From NCBI GenBank assembly GCA_031411095.1, contig JANOAK010000022.1:39866-103865 (forward strand): a stretch of 64,000 nt of DNA, written 5' to 3'. This document shows, piece after piece, positions 27,701-35,109 of this stretch. Below the pieces are notes generated by a model that was given only the letters and a program-made list of their open reading frames with translations, made no database searches and was not told the DNA's origin. The stretch's first letter is position 1; each line of letters begins with the position of its first letter. Both the position numbers and the translations under genes were made by a program. The DNA is from Flavobacteriales bacterium (GTDB lineage: Bacteria > Bacteroidota > Bacteroidia > Flavobacteriales_F > PHOS-HE28).

Positions 27701-28751
27701 ACAAATCGGCGAGGTGAGCAATAGTTCGCGCACCGGGTAGCTTGTCTTTCTTCCTGTAGTTGAAGCTCCCTTCGCTGTCCCTCATCTTTAAGGCCTTCAG
27801 CACATCCTCGAAATCGAAGGAGGGTTTGCTGCGGCGAAAGAACTGGGGGAGGATCCTTTGCCGTTCTTCCGCATTCAACGGGCGATCATCCAAACGGATG
27901 TTGTTCACGGTCTGCAACACGCCGAACAGCTCCGCTTCAATGCTGCTGATGGGCGCGCGCCGCTTGCCCGGCTCCAGTGTGCAACGACCTACATCGCTCT
28001 TCTTGCCTTTGAGCGGGCGCTGGAAAAAGAGGTCGCCGGTCTTGCCATCGCCGAGTTCTGCTCTCAGTGCGTCGGTGAGAATAGGGTGGTGGTTCTTCTG
28101 TACATCCCATAGCTGGTTGAACTCATCCACCAGATCGCTGCGCTTGAAGTAACGCTTGCGAATGGCAGTGTGCGTCTTGCTTAGTTCGTGTCCAGCCTTG
28201 CCAAGTGTGCCATGATCGTTGATGAGCTTGAGCGTAGCGTTGTAGCCCGCTATGCCCTTTTCCTCAAGTCCTTCATGGAACGACTCCTGTTCACCATCGC
28301 CGCCTTTGCGGTTGCTCTGGAAACCACGCCGTTGGGATAGATGGTAGAGTATGCGGCCCAACTCCATCGGTGTCAACTTCTCTTCAAGCCCTTTCGCGCG
28401 CAACTCGTATGGGTTCAACTTGAACCACGTGATAAAGCCATCCTCCAAGGGATAGCGGTCTTTCACTTTCCAATTCTTCAAACCTTCCTCGCTCAGCGGG
28501 CACATGCCGTTCTTGATCAGGTGCAACAGCAAGCGTTGCTTGCGCATTCTCCGACGCATGTATAGCCTGCGCGTGGCGCGGCTGCGCGTGCGTTGTGCAG
28601 TGGCAGGTGTCTCACTGCCCTTCACGCGCGCAACGCCTTCGGGGAAGATGACCGAACCCGCAGCCGCGAGCTTCTTCACGCCATCCTCCTGCTCAATGAT
28701 CGCCCAACCAATGCTGTTGGTGCCGAGGTCCAGACCCAATGTCTTTTTCAT
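24744..28751 (-). CDS. cas9: type II-C Cas9 (1335 aa)
   Basis: RuvC-I MKKTLGLDLGTNSIGWAI. Arg-rich bridge helix QRTRSRATRRLYMRRRMRKQR. HNH SVEIEHTWPRSKTVDNSMANKML. RuvC-III HTHHAVDAAV. No csn2 or cas4, so type II-C. Confidence 0.97.
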   Translation of the reverse strand: MKKTLGLDLGTNSIGWAIIEQEDGVKKLAAAGSVIFPEGVARVKGSETPATAQRTRSRATRRLYMRRRMRKQRLLLHLIKNGMCPLSEEGLKNWKVKDRYPLEDGFITWFKLNPYELRAKGLEEKLTPMELGRILYHLSQRRGFQSNRKGGDGEQESFHEGLEEKGIAGYNATLKLINDHGTLGKAGHELSKTHTAIRKRYFKRSDLVDEFNQLWDVQKNHHPILTDALRAELGDGKTGDLFFQRPLKGKKSDVGRCTLEPGKRRAPISSIEAELFGVLQTVNNIRLDDRPLNAEERQRILPQFFRRSKPSFDFEDVLKALKMRDSEGSFNYRKKDKLPGARTIAHLADLWKVDVMTLVDAFGAMEDDKAHERKLWVDRYSVIYNAFDWADLSERKAKGQDTGGKRDLKEYAITQWNFDEEQLKLLEKFDTKQGYHNLSTRALGRIIPLMYGIDGQLPMGYHDAVMLANLPSIFKVVHKVDGKDGKFVTEMVKGPSGHLLPKVDDRWAAMSASDREAIRNGIRERIADHRDYNVEMLLFNGLIRHYRDSLGEEGGRKGFWNSAWDEQLRKGIDETLSLEQKRSKSTVVISALREKVKALFLHHIENHQKVQFEPLLRRDDRVKQWLMDNFGLLPKDVDKLYHHSAINIYKDHGDKLGDPKTPGLKNPMVYRSLHSLRMLINKMIKAGLIDRKTQVNIEMARDLDSANKRKAWERYQTVMRKKNVSAETAVKEYFATVGKHTNPSDEDIERMWLLEETREIFGRVMCIYTGKEFGVADLFNGSVEIEHTWPRSKTVDNSMANKMLCDTTYNRTIKKEHMPARLPNYDKEVMVQGKMLPGIKETAEVIKKLYDKYDRTVYACKMSSKSAATKEAKDKAIQDRWFNQFFRDYWRTKYEHLTAEEIKPGFMNRQLVATGQITKLARAYMNSYFNRVDCLKPEALSAFRKEWMGESFVHAKDRSKHTHHAVDAAVCAAVDKAEFNALAHHYEEHDEKDVTASFEHPWKTFGTDMRNLRDSALVYHVRKPSIGRTSVYDRKVKLKDGRVVEVKAQGDSVRGSLHKDTYYGKIKLNKPGTEEFEEHVVLRKPIVGMSKADMAKVVDPKLREALLEADPVAIESDRGLKWKGKFNGEPVVRIVKHARVFDRVKNPVAIKEHRDQRPDAPHKHHLWVANEEAPVMALYETDKGKRTHYNFSLFEVVQAMHGKRGRSSMAGAIPLLHPDPKRTAFKLMERNGKRLVLTSGQLVVLYNESSDEIHWDDPVEMNKRTFVIRYFEGDGRINLLNVLDSRSDTEIEFIEVWRLDAPLGWLRMNINALKMLIDGIDIELEPLPSKAFLMA

Positions 28752-28796
28752 GTTGCGAGAATTTCCGTCGTTGTTGCGTTGGTAATGTAGAAACTC

Positions 28797-28878
28797 CTTT
28801 ACTTCGTGGTATCAGATCACAGTAAGGCTATAAGCCGAAGTGAAAACTTGGCCCCTGCTTCGGTGGGGGCCTTTTCAT
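28797..28878 (+). ncRNA. predicted tracrRNA (anti-repeat + nexus-like element + terminator hairpin)
   Basis: 28808-28822 GGTATCAGATCACAG is the exact reverse complement of repeat nt 2-16. Followed by TAAGGCTATAAGCC (compare SpCas9 nexus AAGGCUAGUCCG). Then GGCCCC-tgcttcggtg-GGGGCC plus TTTTCATTT (28851-28880). Ends approximate. Confidence 0.6.
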
Positions 28879-29189
28879 TTCCTGTGGCATCGTCTCCGCC
28901 ACGGGATCTTGCACCCTGGAACCATCATTTTCGCCAGTATTCAGCTCGCCCCGCAATGCAAGCGAAGCGCGAACTGGCGACCACAAAGGCACTCTGCCTC
29001 CGTTCACCGGCAAACAAACCACCCACACGCCCTGTCGCGAAGTACGGCTTGAGATGGACCTGGAACCGGCAGCCTCCAAGCACTGAATGCACCGAAAGTC
29101 TTTCCCCGAAGTGCGGCCGAAAGCGCGCATGCAGCCAGCACCCCCCCCACCACAGAGAAGTTCAACACCAACGGTTTCGCCGAATTCAG

Positions 29190-29470
29190 GTGAAGGTGTT
29201 CGCCTAGTGCCAGCCGTTACAGACTGCCAGCAGGCGCTGCCCGGCCAAAAGCCCCATGCCACCTCCGCTGCGCGGAACAAGAGCCATTAAGTGGCCGCAG
29301 GCCAGCCAGCCCAAAGGCCTTGGGGCCGAATTCAGCAGGGTTAGAACTGGAAGCTATCGGCAAGCGCTGCCCGACCAAAAGGCCAAGGGACCTTCCGCTT
29401 CGCGGCCTTCAGCTCAGAAGTGCCGCAGGCAAAGGCCACTGGCCAAGAGCCTCCAGGCATAAAGCGTTAA
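29190..29470. repeat. dispersed short repeat family B (two diverged units)
   Basis: 29375-29433 CCAAAAGGCCAAGGGACCTTCCGCTTCGCGGCCTTCAGCTCAGAAGTGCCGCAGGCAAA is near-identical to 36331-36389. An upstream diverged unit at ~29226-29290. Confidence 0.6.
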
Positions 29471-29609
29471 GTGCCGACCGCCTACGCCTCACCTTTTCTA
29501 CGCTACGGCGAGCGAGGCACGGCTTCGGCGGATAATACAGGCAACACCGTGGCACCGCCAGCTTTTTTGGCCTTCAGGCTTAGCGGCTCAGAAGTGCGCG
29601 TGGGGCCGA

Positions 29610-30070
29610 GGCCACACATGCATACAGGGTGCTGGGTCCACGTGCACTGGGAACGATCGCTATACATGGGCACCCATGCGGCTGGGATGTGGCAACACGC
29701 TGCAAGCGTGGTCGCACACGGTTCACATGTGGCCGCACGCACAACGCATGTGCAGGCACACTTCCCGAAAGCATCCGCACCTTTCACCAATGTGCTCGCA
29801 CGTACCGCGCATGTGGGCGAACACGCACAGAACGTTTCGGCACCTTCCTCAAACGTGCTCGCACACCGCTGAACAGCTGTGCCACATGTCGCTCCTGCGG
29901 GGGAACATTCGCCGAAGGTGGTCGTACCTACCTGAAAAGCGGTTCAACATCTTGCTGATGTGGGGGAGCGTTCGCCGAACGTGGTCGCACCTGCCTGAAA
30001 TGCGGTTCCACCTGTTGCTCATGCGGGGGAACATTCGCCGAAGGTGGTGGCACAATTCCATGCGGTGTAA
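29610..30070. repeat. 63-bp-period tandem minisatellite (~7 units, two sub-families)
   Basis: Example units: GCACGCACAACGCATGTGCAGGCACACTTCCCGAAAGCATCCGCACCTTTCACCAATGTGCTC and GCACCTGCCTGAAATGCGGTTCCACCTGTTGCTCATGCGGGGGAACATTCGCCGAAGGTGGTG. Units aligned by hand. Confidence 0.7.
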
Positions 30071-30258
30071 GGACCGGGAACGATAGCATAAGCCCTTGCT
30101 GTAAGCCAGCTATACCCGGCCTTTCGGTGGTTGTGTACCAACGATCAGGCGCCGCCCAGGAAGGGCCGTCTAGGGAGAATTCCCGATATCCTGGAGCAGC
30201 GGGCGTGGGTACAAAGGCCACAAACCAGGCGGTAACCCCGCCATAAAACAACAGCCAA

Positions 30259-30873
30259 ATGGCAACAGTGAAAATAGGCGCAGACCGCCTCTCGGCCACG
30301 GAGCTTGTGGCAAAAGCCCAGGGTATCCACGATAAAGTGGTGGGCAATGCAGCGTTCCCCGACCCCACTCCCAAGGCGGCGGACTTCCAAGTGCTCATCG
30401 ACAAGTTGGCGGCGGCCAACGCAGCGGTGAACGTGAACGGCGGCAAGGCCGAACACCTGGCGAAGCGCACGGCGAAAGTGGCCATGCTTGCGGCGCTGAA
30501 AGGCTGGGCCGGGTATGTGCAGGCGGCTTCGGGCAGCGATGAGGAGGTGATCCTCAGCAGCGGTTTCGACGTGGTGCAGCGCGGTGGCCCCATCGGCGAG
30601 CTGAACCCGCCGAAGAACCTGCAGTCCAAGTTCACCAGCATGCTGGGGCGTGCCACCTTCAAGTGGGACCGCGAGGCAGGCGCCGACATGCACCACGTGT
30701 ACATGAGCGCCACCAGTGCCCCCTTCAACTGGGAGCTCATCGGGGTCACCACCAAGAGCCGCTTCAATGCGGACAACCTGGAGCCCGCCCGCATGTACTG
30801 GTTCGCCGTATCGGCCATTGGCGCCGCTGGCGAAACCAGCAAGAGCGAGCCGCTGATGGCCCGCGCCGCGTAA
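30259..30873 (+). CDS. hypothetical protein with C-terminal fibronectin-III-like domain
   Basis: 204-aa ORF. Good codon usage. FN3-like pattern (...KWDREAGADMHHVYMS...YWFAVSAIGAAGETSKS...). Confidence 0.5.
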   Translation: MATVKIGADRLSATELVAKAQGIHDKVVGNAAFPDPTPKAADFQVLIDKLAAANAAVNVNGGKAEHLAKRTAKVAMLAALKGWAGYVQAASGSDEEVILSSGFDVVQRGGPIGELNPPKNLQSKFTSMLGRATFKWDREAGADMHHVYMSATSAPFNWELIGVTTKSRFNADNLEPARMYWFAVSAIGAAGETSKSEPLMARAA

Positions 30874-31117
30874 GTCCAGCATCCATACTACGTCCTGCTC
30901 ACCGCCCTCCGTGCCGCCGCATGGGGGGCGGTGGCGTTTTGGGGGGCGCTGTTGATGTGGCCACCCATGGTAAGACCGGATAGATCCGATCTGCTCCTGT
31001 TCGCGGATCGCGAACGCAACGCCGGTATCGCTTGAAGTACCGGTTGACCCGCGTGGCCACACCGGAGGTTGCCCATGAATAGGAAGCCCAGCGCCCCCAC
31101 CACTGCCAAGAAGTTCA

Positions 31118-31210
31118 ACACCTACCGCTCCGCCTCCGGCGGACAGGCCTGCCATCGGCAGGCAGGCCTGCCTACCTCTTGTAGGTTCGCGGACCACAAG
31201 GAGATGCTGA
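31118..31210. repeat. dispersed intergenic repeat family C copy (AACACCTACCGCTCCGCCTCCGGCGG...GGCAGGCCTGCC...GGTTCGCGGACCACAAGGAG)
   Basis: 5' block shared with 36270-36300. 3' 20-mer GGTTCGCGGACCACAAGGAG shared exactly with 34647-34666. Contains the 12-bp palindrome GGCAGGCCTGCC. Confidence 0.55.
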
Positions 31211-31288
31211 TAGGCCAGTTAGCGGGTGTCGACGGTGAGTTTGTCCGTGCACGTTTAACGGTCCACCCGGAGGCAGGGAGTCGTGCGA

Positions 31289-32605
31289 TCACAACCTCTT
31301 CTTTTCGCTCACATCACCATTGATCCAAAGCATCTTCAAGCTGAAGTAGGTACCTGAGGCATCCGGCTCGAACCGCACCTGCACGTTCTCGTCCAGAATG
31401 AACATGTCCGGTCCCATGGGTTTGAGTTCGGTGATGTAGCCGCCCCGTTCGGCGTTCCTGCACTGCAAGTGCCCGTTCTGCACGTAGAAGTCCAGTCCAC
31501 CTTCGTACACGCCGGCGAAGGCGTGCAGCGCGGCAGGAAGGGGCGGTGGCTCCAATTCCGCGCGGCAGGCGTTCAAGTGCCACTGTAGCCTGTTCCGGTC
31601 TTGTTCCTCCGTCGCTTGTTCAAGCAACCGGGTGAAGATGCTGCATCGTGCTTGGGCCAGGGCCTCTTCTGAGGCAATGGGGACATCAGGCCGAACGCCG
31701 ATGCCTTCCCAGTCCACATTTTCCGGATGGCGCGCCACGGGAATGATGGCCACGAAGCCCTGCCCGATGTTGAACGCACCCCTGGGGTGCGCACCACCAC
31801 CGGTGGTATCGCCGACAATGATGGCCCGCTGCGCATGCTGCAGGCCCATGATGAAGTCCTCGGCCGCGGAGAACGTATAGTTACTGGAGAGGATGTAGAC
31901 CGGCATATTCAGCTTGAAGTCCGTGCGCTTCGGATCCGTGTATCGCACTAGGGTGTCACGACCACCTTGGATGATGTCGTTCATGTGCGTCCGTTCGGCA
32001 AAGAAGTAGTCCTGCATATGGAGCACCATGTCCGGTGATCCCCCGCCGTTGTAGCGGAGGTCGATGATGAGGGCGTCCGTGTTGCCGGTGAATAGGAAAG
32101 CGGCCGCTACTGTAGGAGCGGCTTCTGCGACCTGTCCGGCGAATCCATCCCAGCGGATGTAGCCGATATTGCCCGGCAGCACCTCGGTCTTGACGAACGC
32201 GAAATTCCGTTGCCGGGCGGCCTGGATGTCCTGTTCACGGTCCTGGTGTATCTCCGTGTCCGTTCTCCGCAGATCCAGTTGCGCAACAAGACCCGGGTCG
32301 TAGGCCACGTTCAAGTGACCATCCGGGTGTACGTGCTGAAGATCATCGGCGAGCATACGGGCGAGTTCGCGCCTGTTCTGGGCTGTTGCATACTTCTTCT
32401 TGCGTTGTTGCATCCGCAGGTCGTCGGCCATGTGCCCGGCGTGGTCGGGAAAGATGTAGATACGCTGCAAGGCGGCACTGAGACTGTCGATCAGCAGCCC
32501 CACTTGCTGGGTGTTCAGCTTTTCTCCTGGGTCTTCGCCCATGCCGGACAGGTCGATCTGGGCATGGCAGGGAAGGAACGCGAACACGATCCCAGCGAGT
32601 GCCAT
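31289..32605 (-). CDS. S41-family C-terminal processing peptidase
   Basis: IIDLRYNGGGSPDMV motif. Signal peptide from MALAGIVFAFLPCHAQ. Upstream ORF extension to 32872 is considered spurious. Start uncertain. Confidence 0.75.
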   Translation of the reverse strand: MALAGIVFAFLPCHAQIDLSGMGEDPGEKLNTQQVGLLIDSLSAALQRIYIFPDHAGHMADDLRMQQRKKKYATAQNRRELARMLADDLQHVHPDGHLNVAYDPGLVAQLDLRRTDTEIHQDREQDIQAARQRNFAFVKTEVLPGNIGYIRWDGFAGQVAEAAPTVAAAFLFTGNTDALIIDLRYNGGGSPDMVLHMQDYFFAERTHMNDIIQGGRDTLVRYTDPKRTDFKLNMPVYILSSNYTFSAAEDFIMGLQHAQRAIIVGDTTGGGAHPRGAFNIGQGFVAIIPVARHPENVDWEGIGVRPDVPIASEEALAQARCSIFTRLLEQATEEQDRNRLQWHLNACRAELEPPPLPAALHAFAGVYEGGLDFYVQNGHLQCRNAERGGYITELKPMGPDMFILDENVQVRFEPDASGTYFSLKMLWINGDVSEKKRL

Positions 32606-32868
32606 CCAGCGATAGGGTCGGTACTGCACATCATTGAGTTCGCCTTCCATGGCGTCAAGGTAACGATGCCGATCGCAGGCACGTCCGTAAGAGAAGGGCT
32701 GGATCATTTCAGAACCAATGCTGGTTCCATCAACTCGAACGCGCATCCATCGCTCGTGCCTGACAATTGCCGGTTGAGGCAATGGCCACTTTGGCTGGGC
32801 GCGTTCCCGCATGTACAGGAGTGCGGCCCGCGGGTTGTTTTCGCGGTGTGAATATCGGCGTGGATCGT

Positions 32869-33246
32869 TCACAGCCTCACATAGCGATGCGCGAGTTGTT
32901 TGAGCGCGGCATGGGTGAAGGGCTTGGGCAGAAAGGCATCGGCGTGGCTGTTCCGTGCTTCCTTTTCCAGTTGGTCCGCGGCATGGCCGGAGATAAGCAC
33001 GATGGCCGGCCCTGTGCGGTTCATGTTCTCCTTAATGGCCTTGCAAATACTCGCGCCGTTGCGCGGCGGCATGTCCACATCCATGAAGATGAGGGCCGGA
33101 TCGATGGCCCCCAGTTCGATCCAATTGGGCGGGGTTGATCGCGCGTTGACCTTGAATCCGTCACGCTCCAGCATTGCTTTCATCATGAAAAGCAGCTCAG
33201 CATCATCGTCAACGACCATGATCGTGGGTGCTTTTTTCGCGGCCAT
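32869..33246 (-). CDS. single-domain response regulator (CheY-like receiver)
   Basis: 125 aa. IMVVDDDAELLFMMKAML...IFMDVDMPPRNG...VLISG...DAFLPKPF. Confidence 0.85.
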   Translation of the reverse strand: MAAKKAPTIMVVDDDAELLFMMKAMLERDGFKVNARSTPPNWIELGAIDPALIFMDVDMPPRNGASICKAIKENMNRTGPAIVLISGHAADQLEKEARNSHADAFLPKPFTHAALKQLAHRYVRL

Positions 33247-33581
33247 GCCTCCTCCACTACAGATCGGGTGCCAGTCGCTACCTTCCCACGGGGTGTTATG
33301 AACCGTTCGTAGTTCCTAATGTCCGCTGCTGCGGTCCGCCAATGGATCGCGCATGTGTTCTTCGCCTCACCAGGCGGCCCAGGACCCAACGACCGAGGCA
33401 CCGGAATGGGTGCAGGCCCCGTACCAGGAAGAGAGTTCCATTGTGCCCACGACGTTCGAGACCTCTCAACCGCTATCGCTTATCGCTTGCGTTCTTCGCT
33501 GGGTCCCGCTGCCCCATGGCTTCGTGTATCACCCAACCCCAGGACCGGACCTTCGTCTTCTTCACAGCCCACCTACCGGAC

Positions 33582-34586
33582 ATGCATATCCCCCAACGCT
33601 CCCTGGCCAGCCTTTTCATCTTCGTTCTCCTGCTGCCCTGCACCGCGCAGCCCACGCTCACCTCCGGCCAGATGGCCCGGCAGGTAGGTGATGTGTTCAA
33701 CTTCCTGGCGTGCGGCCCGGCGGGTTTCCCGGCTACCGGCGCGGGGCTCACGTGGTACTACACCAACCTGAGCGGCGCGGAGGGCGGCAGCGTACACATC
33801 GTGGACCCGGCGGGCACGGTGGGCGCTCCCTACTTCCCCACGGCCACGGCGGCGGACCAGCCACTAGGCTTTACCGATGCCATGTACTACAGCTCAACCC
33901 CGACGGAAGAGACCCGGCTGGGTTATTATTTCTCGGCGTTCGCCTCCTCCATTTGCGCCGACCCACAGACGGAGATCGTGTACCCCTTCACCTACGGCAG
34001 CACCTTCACGGACAGCATGGTGTGCGCGGAAAGCGGCGTCTACTTCCGCACGCGTTACGGCGAGAACACGGTGACCTGCGTGGGCTATGGAACGGTGGTG
34101 TTGCCCTACGGCACGTTCGCGGATTGCCTGTTGCTGCACCGGCACTGGACCTTCTTCGATGACTATGACCAGCTGCCGCCCGGGTACGTGGAGGGCGACG
34201 CGTACAGCTTCGTGAAACCGGGCATCCCGGTACCCCTCTACAGCGTGAGCTACAGCACCTATACCCAGGGCGACAGTACCATCGTGAACCAAGGAAGTTC
34301 CCTGCTCGATGCCTTGTCCACCGGCGTACTTGCCTTGCGGGAGGAGGCTCGTGGCAGCACGCTCTCACCCAACCCCGCGCACGATGCGGTGGTGTTACAC
34401 CGCACGAGCACCGGCCCGGCGGACGTGAGCCTGCTATCGGCGGACGGCCGGCTCCTGGCCAGTGCGCGACTTTCCACCGGCGCGGCCACGCACCGGTTCG
34501 CACTTGCGGGGCTCCCGGCGGGCATCTACCTGGTGCGTGTGATCGCCAAGGGCGGCAGCACGACGCTGCGCGTGGTGAAGGAGTGA
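33582..34586 (+). CDS. secreted protein with T9SS C-terminal sorting domain
   Basis: Signal peptide MHIPQRSLASLFIFVLLLPCTAQ. C-terminal CTD (...LSPNPAHDAVVLHR...GIYLVRVIAKGGSTTLRVVKE). The 5' part of ORF 33228-34586 overlaps the REC gene and is treated as non-coding. Confidence 0.7.
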   Translation: MHIPQRSLASLFIFVLLLPCTAQPTLTSGQMARQVGDVFNFLACGPAGFPATGAGLTWYYTNLSGAEGGSVHIVDPAGTVGAPYFPTATAADQPLGFTDAMYYSSTPTEETRLGYYFSAFASSICADPQTEIVYPFTYGSTFTDSMVCAESGVYFRTRYGENTVTCVGYGTVVLPYGTFADCLLLHRHWTFFDDYDQLPPGYVEGDAYSFVKPGIPVPLYSVSYSTYTQGDSTIVNQGSSLLDALSTGVLALREEARGSTLSPNPAHDAVVLHRTSTGPADVSLLSADGRLLASARLSTGAATHRFALAGLPAGIYLVRVIAKGGSTTLRVVKE

Positions 34587-34589
34587 CGC

Positions 34590-34675
34590 GTACGCTTCGG
34601 CTTCCGCGGGCCGCGCCCGCTGTTCTTTACCCTGCGCCGCTTTCACGGGTTCGCGGACCACAAGGAGTAGGTGAT
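34590..34675. repeat. dispersed intergenic repeat family C copy (diverged)
   Basis: GCGTACGCTTCGGCTTCCGCGGGCC... then ...GGTTCGCGGACCACAAGGAG. Compare 31118-31210. Confidence 0.5.
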
Positions 34676-35109
34676 CGACCTGTTGAGAAGGGTGGTGCCG
34701 GTGTGTGTATGGGACGTAGAAGGTGGCAGACGCAATGGCCAATACGGATCACCAACGCTTTGGAGAACGCTCACAACCTGGAAGCATCGGTCGTCGGCAA
34801 TTCCTTGGCGAACTCCTCACAACAGAGCCTGTTGCGGTCCACCATCACCGTGCCATTGGGGAGCGCCCTTACGCACAGCATCGCCGCAACCTCCGGGTGT
34901 TGGTTACAGCGCAGTGCCCCGTACGCGATGCGTAGTTGTTCTGCCTTGTTCAAGCCGGCCATGTTCACCAAGACCCTGTTGCAGCAAACGATCAGAGATG
35001 TGGTCCGGGCCTTCCCACGACCTGAGAATGGCGCGCGCGTTCACTGTCGTAATATTGCGGTCCGCGTAATGCTCCACGTGGGGAGGTCTGTTCTATAAAT
35101 AAGAGTTCG

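Noticed and set aside
29471-30086. Plus-strand ORFs of 109-136 aa with 21-aa periodicity
   Set aside because: Periodicity is imposed by the 63-bp minisatellite. The extreme H/R/W/C/M content and overlapping alternative frames argue that they are non-coding.
31069-31323. 84-aa plus-strand ORF containing the family-C repeat
   Set aside because: Sits in the convergent intergenic region after two gene ends. Composition is poor and the conserved DNA motif is better explained as a repeat element.
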